Origin: a virus
Direction: 5' to 3' (one strand)
UHGV virus genome: UHGV-0099692
DNA length: 24,703 bases
Made by a program: the position numbers and the translations under genes. Of the stretch, positions 1 to 7,027 are shown in pieces; position 1 is the first letter of the stretch, and every line of letters starts with the position of its first letter. The notes under the pieces are model-generated. The model ran no database searches, was not told the origin of the DNA, and saw nothing but the letters and a program-made list of their open reading frames with translations.

Positions 1-259
1 TGGGCCATACTCCTCCGGCAGAAGCAGAAAAAGCTTATTATGCTTCCATCGGAAACGATGATCTGGCAGCCTGAGTTCACAGATAAAACACTCTCCAGGA
101 AACCCGGGGCGGTTCATTACGCCATACCTCCGATCTTGATACCGGAGAGATGTATGTCTTCCTGTGTAAGGTTGAAGCCTGGGCGGTGAATATTGGCTGC
201 CATCTGACTATTCCGCAGAGCTGCGAGTTCCAGCAGCTCCGTGACAAGCAGGAGGCGTA

Positions 260-430
260 ATGGCTACACCGCTTATTCGTGTCATGAACGGACACATCTA
301 CAGAGTACCAAATCGTCGTAAGCGTAAACCGGAGCTGAAACCTTCCGAAATACCAACACTGCTCGGATATACCGCCAGCTTGGTTGATAAAAAATGGTTG
401 CGACTGGCAGCAAGGAGGAATCATGGCTGA
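260..430 (+). CDS. ninE: NinE-like small protein (56 aa)
   Basis: ATG at 260 overlaps the upstream stop (TAATG); translation [56 protein letters not shown] matches remembered DLP12/lambda NinE; TGA at 428-430. Below the ORF-track length cut-off, found by manual translation. Confidence 0.8.
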   Translation: MATPLIRVMNGHIYRVPNRRKRKPELKPSEIPTLLGYTASLVDKKWLRLAARRNHG

Positions 431-713
431 TTTGAGAAAAGCAGCGCGTAGTCGGGAATGCCAGGTAAGAATCCCTGGCGTATGTAATGGTAACCCTGAA
501 ACGTCTGTACTGGCACATATCCGGCTGACTGGATTGTGCGGCACCGGTACCAAACCGCCAGACCTGATTGCCACCATTGCATGTTCTGCCTGCCACGACG
601 AAATCGACCGCCGCACACATTTTGTCGATGCTGCATATGCAAAAGAATGCGCGCTGGAAGGTATGGCGAGAACACAGGTTATCTGGCTGAAAGAGGGGGT
701 TATTAAGGCGTGA
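423..713 (+). CDS. ybcO: DUF1364-family protein (YbcO-like, putative nuclease), 96 aa
   Basis: ATG at 423 preceded by AGGAGG (410-415); [26 protein letters not shown]... matches remembered DLP12 YbcO; four-Cys pattern. The ORF-track start at 384 is an upstream extension without an RBS. Confidence 0.85.
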   Translation: MADLRKAARSRECQVRIPGVCNGNPETSVLAHIRLTGLCGTGTKPPDLIATIACSACHDEIDRRTHFVDAAYAKECALEGMARTQVIWLKEGVIKA

Positions 714-1072
714 ATACCTACAGCATCACATTACCCTGGCCTCCGAGCAATAATCGCTATTACCGCCATAATCGCGGGCGCACGCACGTCAGCGCAGAGG
801 GGCAGGCATACCGCGATAACGTCGCCCGAATCATTAAAAACGCAATGCTGGATATCGGCTTGGCTATGCCTGTGAAAATCCGCATTGAGTGCCACATGCC
901 GGATCGCCGTCGCCGTGACCTGGATAATCTGCAAAAAGCCGCTTTTGACGCACTCACTAAAGCAGGTTTCTGGCTGGATGATGCTCAGGTCGTTGATTAC
1001 CGCGTTGTGAAGATGCCTGTTACCAAAGGTGGGAGGCTGGAACTGACCATCACCGAAATGGGGAATGAATGA
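710..1072 (+). CDS. rusA: RusA Holliday-junction resolvase (120 aa)
   Basis: GTG start overlapping the ybcO stop; translation [37 protein letters not shown]... matches remembered E. coli RusA over its full length. Confidence 0.93.
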   Translation: MNTYSITLPWPPSNNRYYRHNRGRTHVSAEGQAYRDNVARIIKNAMLDIGLAMPVKIRIECHMPDRRRRDLDNLQKAAFDALTKAGFWLDDAQVVDYRVVKMPVTKGGRLELTITEMGNE

Positions 1073-1209
1073 TGTTTGAGTTTTATATGGCAGAACGTCT
1101 TCGCCACCGCTGGGGGCGTCTGCGCTTATATCGTTTCCCCGGTTCTGTTTTGACCGATTACCGAATACTGAAGAATTACGCCAAAACCCTGACAGGAGCA
1201 GGAGTATGA
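1069..1209 (+). CDS. ylcG: YlcG-like small protein (46 aa)
   Basis: Manual translation [46 protein letters not shown]; start overlaps the rusA stop; position between rusA and Q as in DLP12. Too short for the ORF track. Confidence 0.6.
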   Translation: MMFEFYMAERLRHRWGRLRLYRFPGSVLTDYRILKNYAKTLTGAGV

Positions 1210-1294
1210 AGTCAGAGATAACAATCAACTAATACTGTTTCGTTGATTTTTGCTTGTAATTGGCGTTCTGGTCTGATTTTTGTGGAGTAAGTTG

Positions 1295-1678
1295 ATGCGT
1301 GATATTCAGATGGTTCTTGAGCGTTGGGGAGCGTGGGCGGCTAATAATCATGAAGATGTGACCTGGTCGTCCATTGCCGCCGGTTTTAAGGGATTAATTA
1401 CTTCAAAAGTAAAATCTCGCCCGCAATGTTGTGACGATGACGCGATGATTATTTGCGGGTGCATGGCCCGTCTGAAAAAGAACAACAGCGATTTGCACGA
1501 TTTATTAGTAGATTATTATGTAGTCGGTATGACATTCATGTCACTGGCAGGTAAGCATTGCTGCTCTGATGGTTATATCGGGAAAAGGTTACAGAAGGCT
1601 GAGGGCATAATTGAAGGGATGTTAATGGCATTAGATATCCGGTTAGAGATGGATATCGTTGTTAATAACTCTAATTAA
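1295..1678 (+). CDS. quuD: Late-gene antiterminator Q (QuuD-like, 127 aa)
   Basis: [26 protein letters not shown]... with Cys-rich motifs ([15 protein letters not shown]); matches remembered DLP12 QuuD. ATG at 1295 preferred over the TTG at 1280 of the ORF track. Confidence 0.88.
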   Translation: MRDIQMVLERWGAWAANNHEDVTWSSIAAGFKGLITSKVKSRPQCCDDDAMIICGCMARLKKNNSDLHDLLVDYYVVGMTFMSLAGKHCCSDGYIGKRLQKAEGIIEGMLMALDIRLEMDIVVNNSN

Positions 1679-1711
1679 TATGCCAATTGTTTACTAAAAA
1701 TTATTAAAAAT

Positions 1712-1729
1712 GGGGCGTTGAGACGCCCC
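1712..1729 (-). terminator. Hairpin GGGGCGT-tgag-ACGCCCC; on the minus strand followed by a T-rich run (candidate nmpC 3' terminator)
   Basis: 7-bp GC-rich stem with 4-nt loop seen directly; minus-strand downstream sequence is ATTTTTAATAATTTTT. Lies about 140 nt beyond the nmpC stop. Confidence 0.35.
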
Positions 1730-1817
1730 CAAAAATAAAGGGTAATATATAACAGAAGGTTTATATAGTTAGAAGCAAGGTTGTGCTCCTAAAGGAAGTG
1801 GCTTGAGGGAGCCACTT

Positions 1818-1857
1818 ATATGTTGGGGAGGCAAAGCCTCCCGCAACATATCTTTTA
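1818..1857 (+). terminator. Strong intrinsic terminator-like hairpin, + strand (end of Q operon or tR'-like)
   Basis: ATATGTTGGGGAGGC-aaa-GCCTCCCgCAACATAT, about 15 bp stem with a one-base bulge, followed by CTTTT on +. Sits between the Q stop (1678) and the convergent nmpC stop (1867). Confidence 0.45.
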
Positions 1858-1866
1858 GTAATCAAA

Positions 1867-2949
1867 TTAGAACTGGTAAACCATACCTACAGCAACGATA
1901 TCATCGGTAGCAACGCCAGATGCTTTCGTGAAATCGCTCTTATCAATCAGGTTGATTTTGTAATCAACAAAAGTGGACATATTTTTGTTGAAGTAATAGG
2001 TTGCACCTACATCAATATATTCAACCAGGTCCTGATCACCCCACGCACCCAAGTCTTTTCCTTTAGATTGCAGGTAAGCAACGGACGGACGCAGACCGAA
2101 GTCGAACTGATATTGTGCAACTACTTCGAAGTTTTGTGCTTTGTTGGCAATATGGTTATTACCAAAAACAGTCATGTTCTGGGTTTCAGAATAGGTGGTA
2201 GCCAGATAGATGTTGTTCGCATCATATTTCAGACCAGCTGCCCATACTTCAGCATTTTGACCAGATGCATTCAGGCTGTTGTTACCGTAGATAACCTGAT
2301 TATTAGTGCGGTCAGATTTAGCATAGGTTGCACCTACACCGAATCCTTCATACTCATAAGTAGTGGAGAAACCGAAACCATCACCATTAGCTTCAGTTAC
2401 GTCAGTGCGGTCATTTTTACCCTGATACTGAGCAGCAAAGTTCAGACCATCAACCAGACCAAAGAAGTCATTGTTACGATAAGTTGCAACACCTGTGGTG
2501 CGACCAGTCATGAATACATCTGTTTGGGTCCAGGTATCGCCACCGAATTCTGGCAGAACGTCGGTCCATGCACCAATATCGTATGCTACACCGTAGTTAC
2601 GGCCATAATCGATGGAGCCGTAGTCACCGAATTTCAGGCCAGCGAAGGCAAGACGGGTTTTATCTTTGGAGGAACCTTGAGATTCAGCGCGGTTGCCTTT
2701 GAATTCATATTCCCACTGACCGAAACCAGTCAGTTGATCGTTGATTTGGGTTTCACCTTTGAAGCCAAGACGGGCATAAGTAGTATCACCATCATCTGCA
2801 TCATTAGAGGAGAAGTAGTGCTTAGCATTAACTTTCCCGTACAGATCCAGCTTGTTACTGTCTTTATTATAAATTTCAGCTGCCTGAGCAGACATCGCCA
2901 TCAGTACTGATGCAGCTACAGCAGAAATTGCCACTGTTAATTTTTTCAT
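1867..2949 (-). CDS. nmpC: Outer-membrane general porin, NmpC/OmpD/OmpC family (360 aa), apparently intact
   Basis: Minus-strand ORF; start taken at [30 protein letters not shown] (Sec signal peptide, ATG complement at 2947-2949); porin motifs ([28 protein letters not shown]) and C-terminal ...VGMVYQF ending in Phe. The ORF-track start at 3009 adds 20 unsupported residues. Confidence 0.93.
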   Translation of the reverse strand: MKKLTVAISAVAASVLMAMSAQAAEIYNKDSNKLDLYGKVNAKHYFSSNDADDGDTTYARLGFKGETQINDQLTGFGQWEYEFKGNRAESQGSSKDKTRLAFAGLKFGDYGSIDYGRNYGVAYDIGAWTDVLPEFGGDTWTQTDVFMTGRTTGVATYRNNDFFGLVDGLNFAAQYQGKNDRTDVTEANGDGFGFSTTYEYEGFGVGATYAKSDRTNNQVIYGNNSLNASGQNAEVWAAGLKYDANNIYLATTYSETQNMTVFGNNHIANKAQNFEVVAQYQFDFGLRPSVAYLQSKGKDLGAWGDQDLVEYIDVGATYYFNKNMSTFVDYKINLIDKSDFTKASGVATDDIVAVGMVYQF

Positions 2950-3375
2950 CGTGAGCCCTTTTTTTGAACTATTATTAAAAAATGATGTCACTGCGCGATA
3001 AATATTCATCTAATCAATGTGATTATTTCAAGATGTAAGTTTTGGTTTCTCATTTGATTTGTGAAGTAGATCTCTATTTTTATCTGAACTTTTTCTATCG
3101 AATCCTATTCATGGCTCTTGGCTGAATAAAAATAAATCTATTAGCCAATTTATATTAATGGCTGTTATTTATAAGTGCTCTATAATTTGAAGGTTCAATT
3201 TAAACCAGCTAAAAATAACGCTGGAAATTATTTGTTGGTTATTTGTTGAGATTTGCTTATGTATTTGTAGTGGTGTTTTCAATACTCGGTAGCATTCTCG
3301 CAAATATCATTTAGTGGTTTACGTACGTAAAAAATTGGTTATGCTGTTAAGAGTGGTTACTTCGTCACACAGCTT

Positions 3376-3400
3376 AAACCCGCCGTCGAGCGGGTTTTTC
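3376..3400 (+). terminator. Intrinsic terminator-like hairpin upstream of the holin gene (tR'-like candidate)
   Basis: AAACCCGC-cgtcga-GCGGGTTTTT followed by CCATTTTTT; GC stem plus U-tract on the + strand, 137 nt upstream of the holin start; no + strand ORF precedes it. Confidence 0.5.
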
Positions 3401-3536
3401 CATTTTTTGAGTCTCGATATTAGCTGATAACCCAATACCTGAGTTATTCACTGACTCCGAGTCTGTTACGTTTCTGCTTTTTTGCGATACGTTGTATTCC
3501 CTCAATTTACACCCGCTTTGTCTGCGAGGTGGGGTT

Positions 3537-3752
3537 ATGAAATCCATGGATAAGTTAACAACGGGTGTCGCCTATGGCACCTCAGCAGGTAGTGCCGGTT
3601 ACTGGTTTTTACAGCTGCTCGATAAAGTCACGCCCTCACAGTGGGCAGCAATAGGTGTGCTGGGTAGCCTGGTATTTGGCCTGCTGACGTACCTGACAAA
3701 CCTTTATTTCAAGATTAAAGAAGATAAGCGCAAGGCTGCGAGAGGTGAATAA
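3537..3752 (+). CDS. essD: Class II pinholin, phage 21 S-like, dual-start (71/68 aa)
   Basis: [71 protein letters not shown]; Met1-Lys-Ser-Met4 dual-start motif; two TM segments; basic C-terminus. ATG at 3537 with GAGGTGGGG upstream; the ORF-track start at 3492 is an extension. Confidence 0.9.
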
Positions 3753-4249
3753 TGCCTCCATCATTACGAAAAGCCGTTGCTGCTGCTATTGGTGGCGGAG
3801 CAATTGCTATAGCATCAGTGTTAATTACTGGCCCAAGTGGTAACGATGGTCTGGAAGGTGTCAGCTACATACCATACAAAGATATTGTTGGTGTATGGAC
3901 TGTATGTCACGGGCATACAGGAAAAGACATCATTCCCGGTAAAACGTATACCAAAGCAGAATGCAAAGCCCTCCTGAATAAAGACCTTGCCACGGTCGCC
4001 AGACAAATTAACCCGTACATCAAAGTCGATATACCGGAAACAATGCGCGGCGCTCTTTACTCATTCGTTTACAACGTGGGTGCTGGCAATTTCAGAACAT
4101 CGACGCTTCTTCGCAAAATAAACCAGGGCGATATCAAAGGCGCATGTGATCAGCTACGTCGCTGGACATATGCTGGCGGTAAGCAATGGAAAGGTCTCAT
4201 GACTCGTCGTGAGATTGAGCGTGAAATCTGTTTGTGGGGTCAGCAATGA
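3752..4249 (+). CDS. rrrD: SAR endolysin (T4-lysozyme/GH24 fold, phage 21 R-like), 165 aa
   Basis: Start overlaps the holin stop (TAATG); N-terminal Gly/Ala-rich weakly hydrophobic signal-anchor-release segment ([21 protein letters not shown]) followed by a lysozyme catalytic region (GLEGV...[16 protein letters not shown]). Confidence 0.9.
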   Translation: MPPSLRKAVAAAIGGGAIAIASVLITGPSGNDGLEGVSYIPYKDIVGVWTVCHGHTGKDIIPGKTYTKAECKALLNKDLATVARQINPYIKVDIPETMRGALYSFVYNVGAGNFRTSTLLRKINQGDIKGACDQLRRWTYAGGKQWKGLMTRREIEREICLWGQQ

Positions 4250-4713
4250 ACAGAGTAACCGCGATTATCTCCGCTCTGGTTATCTGCATCATCGTCTGCC
4301 TGTCATGGGCTGTTAATCATTACCGTGATAACGCCATTACCTACAAAGCCCAGCGCGACAAAAATGCCAGAGAACTGAAGCTGGCGAACGCGGCAATTAC
4401 TGACATGCAGATGCGTCAGCGTGATGTTGCTGCGCTCGATGCAAAATACACGAAGGAGTTAGCTGATGCGAAAGCTGAAAATGATGCTCTTCGTCGCAAG
4501 CTTGATAATGGTGGCAGGGTGCTCGTCAAAGGAAAATGCCCTGTGCCATCCTCAGCCGAAACCTCCAGCGCCTCCGGCATGGGCAATGATGCCACCGTCG
4601 AACTCTCTCCAGTTGCTGGACGAAACGTTCTCGGTATCCGGGACGGAATTATCCGCGACCAAACAGCACTGAGAACGCTTCAGGAATACATCAGGACGCA
4701 ATGCCTTCGATGA
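4246..4713 (+). CDS. rzpD: Rz-like inner-membrane spanin (i-spanin), 155 aa
   Basis: ATG overlaps the endolysin stop (ATGA); N-terminal TM helix ([20 protein letters not shown]) then a charged coiled-coil-like periplasmic domain; directly after the endolysin. Confidence 0.85.
   Translation: MNRVTAIISALVICIIVCLSWAVNHYRDNAITYKAQRDKNARELKLANAAITDMQMRQRDVAALDAKYTKELADAKAENDALRRKLDNGGRVLVKGKCPVPSSAETSSASGMGNDATVELSPVAGRNVLGIRDGIIRDQTALRTLQEYIRTQCLR
4466..4672 (+). CDS. rzoD: Rz1-like outer-membrane lipoprotein spanin (o-spanin), embedded in the +1 frame of Rz
   Basis: AAGGAG at 4453-4458 then ATG at 4466; [19 protein letters not shown] has a lipobox (VAGC); proline-rich mature region ([16 protein letters not shown]) typical of Rz1; entirely inside Rz in another frame. 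Confidence 0.8.
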   Translation: MRKLKMMLFVASLIMVAGCSSKENALCHPQPKPPAPPAWAMMPPSNSLQLLDETFSVSGTELSATKQH

Positions 4714-4931
4714 TAGCGATAATTTTACTCATCATCCTTCACATCTGGCTCTGTAGACAGGGTGGTGATCACTTCTGGAGTGAATCCAGATTTAACATCT
4801 CATTGCTGATGCTTGATATTGAGCATCTTGCGCGCGGTAAGGGGCTGCGTTGAGATAAGAGCCAGTCATCACAAACACCAGGATTTAGCCTCGCATTCGC
4901 GGGGCTTTTTATTGCAACAAAGGTAAAGACG

Positions 4932-5219
4932 ATGGATGAAGAATATCGTAAAGACCTGCAATTGTGGTTTGGCCTGACGCATGCGTCGTTCTGCGTGATG
5001 CCGAGAGTATTCATGGAGGCTATGCCGCAAGAATGGCAAGAGAAGATGGCGCAGTTGCTTTTTGAGTATGGCGACACGATCAAAACGGATGTCTGCGGAG
5101 TTCACTGCTGTTTCGTTACTGCCAAAGACGGCAACAACCGCTTTATGAGGATGCCAGAAGATATTCTGAACTATCGTCATCCCCGGCGTGAGTTCATCGA
5201 ATCATTTCTGAAGAAGTAG
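4932..5219 (+). CDS. Hypothetical protein (95 aa), function unknown
   Basis: Only substantial + strand ORF in this interval, co-directional with the late operon; four Cys (C21, C55, C59, C60). No family recognised from memory. Confidence 0.5.
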   Translation: MDEEYRKDLQLWFGLTHASFCVMPRVFMEAMPQEWQEKMAQLLFEYGDTIKTDVCGVHCCFVTAKDGNNRFMRMPEDILNYRHPRREFIESFLKK

Positions 5220-5312
5220 CCATTACAAAGTCTATCTGCGGGGGGCTTGATAAAGGTGCTTTCACCTCGCTTAGCATGGTATGTTCTGACTACCAACTTT
5301 TTGGGAGGACAC

Positions 5313-5537
5313 ATGGAACTGATAAATGGACGGCCAGGCAGAGATTTTATAGTGGGAACATATACCTACTCAGAAATTAAAGATCTTAACTTCATGGCTA
5401 AGGAAGAGAAAAGAGCTCGTGAAGAGCTAAAGCATCGGGGTTACGAATTGGCGTATATCAAGGCGGACTCTGAATGTAACGGGATGTTTGTCAGGGCGTA
5501 CCGGGTCTATACTGACAAAGCGCCATCTAATGTCTAA
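5313..5537 (+). CDS. Hypothetical small protein (74 aa), function unknown
   Basis: ATG at 5313 preceded by GGGAGGA (5303-5309); MELINGRPGRDFIVGTYTYSEIKDLNFMAKEEKRAREELKHRGYELAYIK...; the ORF-track start at 5247 lacks an RBS. Confidence 0.5.
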   Translation: MELINGRPGRDFIVGTYTYSEIKDLNFMAKEEKRAREELKHRGYELAYIKADSECNGMFVRAYRVYTDKAPSNV

Positions 5538-5672
5538 ATATACCTCGGGCGGTTTTTTACGTTCATTACCGTACGCAATTACAGCAGGCATTCATTGAGT
5601 GCCTGTGATAATGATTTATCAACGTGCTTGCAAACGGTATTCTAGACCTCCAATTATCCTAAGGAGGTTTTT

Positions 5673-6077
5673 GTGGTTAAAAATTTAGAATACATGAAGG
5701 GGATGCTTGAGGTATTTTTGAAAGCGAAAACTCCCTTTATATCTACAAAAGACTTAGCTAATGCGGGGTACGATATCTGCTCGAATGAAGGGATGTTTCA
5801 TTATCTACTTCTTATTGAGCAAGGTTATATCAGTAATAAAGATCTAATAACGGATGACATAACTAAACTGGGCTACATGCGCCATTGTGGCCATATGCTA
5901 GATATGGGTACCGACGTGCGACTATCTGCGCAGGGACAAGAATTCGCCCAGGCATTAAATGAACCTACGGTTTTTGAGAAATTAAAGTCAATGAGCGATG
6001 CCCCTTTGAGTACAATCAAAGATGTTGGGCTGGAGTTAACGAAGGCCTATTTAAAGAAGAAATTTGGCCTCGAGTAA
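5673..6077 (+). CDS. Hypothetical protein (134 aa) in an AT-rich segment, function unknown
   Basis: GTG start 7 nt after a canonical AAGGAGG (5660-5666); composition markedly more AT-rich than flanking phage genes; no TM segment or signal peptide; no recognised family. Confidence 0.55.
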   Translation: MVKNLEYMKGMLEVFLKAKTPFISTKDLANAGYDICSNEGMFHYLLLIEQGYISNKDLITDDITKLGYMRHCGHMLDMGTDVRLSAQGQEFAQALNEPTVFEKLKSMSDAPLSTIKDVGLELTKAYLKKKFGLE

Positions 6078-6137
6078 AATTTCTACCCTCACGAGTTAAG
6101 TTGTTTTGTGATGGTTATTCGCAATGAATATCTTTAG

Positions 6138-6164
6138 CCACTGGCATTTGCTGGTGGTTTTTTT
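6138..6164 (+). terminator. Possible intrinsic terminator after the AT-rich ORF
   Basis: CCACTGGCA-tt-TGCTGGTGG imperfect hairpin (G-U pairs needed) followed by a 7-T run (6158-6164). Confidence 0.35.
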
Positions 6165-6261
6165 ATGCGCATCCCTCGCGCACCACAAAGGGAGTCTTTC
6201 AGTAGTGATTCTGAATATCAGTGTGATAAACGTATTTGACAATCATTATCATTTTTGGTGG

Positions 6262-6301
6262 GTCCTTTCCGGCGATCCGACAGGTTACGGGGCGGCGACC
6301 T
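6262..6301. other. cos site: cosQ-like region plus cosN; 12-nt cohesive end GGGCGGCGACCT at 6290-6301
   Basis: GGTCCTTTCCGGCGATCCGACAGGTTACG|GGGCGGCGACCTCGCGG matches, from memory, the lambda right-end/left-end junction almost base for base; lies directly upstream of the Nu1 homologue as in lambda. Confidence 0.85.
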
Positions 6302-6336
6302 CGCGGTTTTTCACTATTTATGAAAATTTTTCAGGG

Positions 6337-6455
6337 AAAATCGTGTCGGTACTTCTCGAATATAACTTTTTGTTTTTTTTTAATATTGCATCCGTAAAGG
6401 TCCGACATGAAAGTGTCCGAAAATGCCTTTTTCTGGCGTTTTCATGTCGGGCCTT
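6337..6455. promoter_or_regulatory. cosB-like region with repeated GTCCGACATGAAA-type elements (candidate terminase small-subunit binding sites)
   Basis: Seen directly: GGTCCGACATGAAA (6399-6412) and its inverted partner TTTCATGTCGGGCC (6442-6455), one mismatch; related copies AAAATCGTGTCGGT (6337-6350) and GTGTCCGAAAATG (6413-6425). Located between cosN and Nu1. Confidence 0.4.
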
Positions 6456-6478
6456 GTATTTGATAATGGGTTGTTTTC

Positions 6479-7027
6479 ATGAAGGTTAATAAAAAGAGGC
6501 TTGCCGAAATTTTCAACGTGGACCCGCGGACGATTGAACGCTGGCAGTCTCAGGGACTCCCTTGCGCCTCCAAAGGTAGTAAGGGCATTGAATCTGTATT
6601 TGATACTGCCATGGTAATTCAGTGGTATGCGCAGAGGGAAACTGATATCGAAAACGAAAAGCTCCGCAAAGAACTGGACGATTTGCGTGCGGCAGCGGAG
6701 TCAGATTTACAACCCGGCACCATTGACTATGAACGCTACCGGCTCACAAAAGCGCAGGCAGATGCGCAGGAACTGAAAAATGCCCGTGAAGACGGAGTAG
6801 TGCTGGAAACTGAACTGTTTACCTTCATTCTGCAACGTGTGGCACAGGAGATTTCGGGGATACTTGTGCGTGTGCCGTTGACATTACAGCGTAAATATCC
6901 GGACATTTCACCATCACACCTTGATGTGGTGAAAACTGAAATCGCGAAAGCCTCCAATGTTTCAGCTAAGGCCGGTGAAAACGTGGGCGGGTGGATCGAT
7001 GATTTCAGACGCGCAGAAGGCAGCTAA
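6479..7027 (+). CDS. nu1: Terminase small subunit (lambda Nu1 homologue), 182 aa
   Basis: [28 protein letters not shown]... N-terminal winged-HTH; strong similarity to remembered lambda Nu1 (e.g. [28 protein letters not shown]); immediately downstream of cos. Confidence 0.93.
   Translation: MKVNKKRLAEIFNVDPRTIERWQSQGLPCASKGSKGIESVFDTAMVIQWYAQRETDIENEKLRKELDDLRAAAESDLQPGTIDYERYRLTKAQADAQELKNAREDGVVLETELFTFILQRVAQEISGILVRVPLTLQRKYPDISPSHLDVVKTEIAKASNVSAKAGENVGGWIDDFRRAEGS

Noticed and set aside
1-259. Possible 3' end of an upstream gene (frame ending at 74) and small ORFs (150-260; 154-186) before ninE
   Set aside because: Three frames give short, mutually exclusive ORFs and the window cuts off the upstream context; I cannot decide which, if any, is real without the adjacent sequence or a homology search.
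77-616. 179-aa minus-strand ORF (and 282-620) at the left edge
   Set aside because: Antisense to ninE and the ybcO-like gene, both of which match known proteins on the + strand.
2068-2910. 280-aa + strand ORF opposite the porin gene
   Set aside because: Antisense to the intact porin ORF, which has a clear signal peptide and porin motifs; the + frame translation has no protein-like features.
4769-5180. Minus-strand ORFs (4769-5083, 4869-5180) where lambda carries bor on the minus strand
   Set aside because: Translations lack a signal peptide or lipobox and do not resemble Bor; they overlap a better-supported + strand ORF (4932-5219).
5541-5566. T-run (GGTTTTTTAC) after ORF 5313-5537 as an intrinsic terminator
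   Set aside because: No convincing GC-rich stem immediately upstream of the T-tract; could not support a hairpin.
6124-6489. 121-aa + strand ORF spanning cos and cosB
   Set aside because: Overlaps the cohesive-end site and the repeat-containing cosB region, which are non-coding in lambda; the translation is hydrophobic low-complexity sequence; no RBS.
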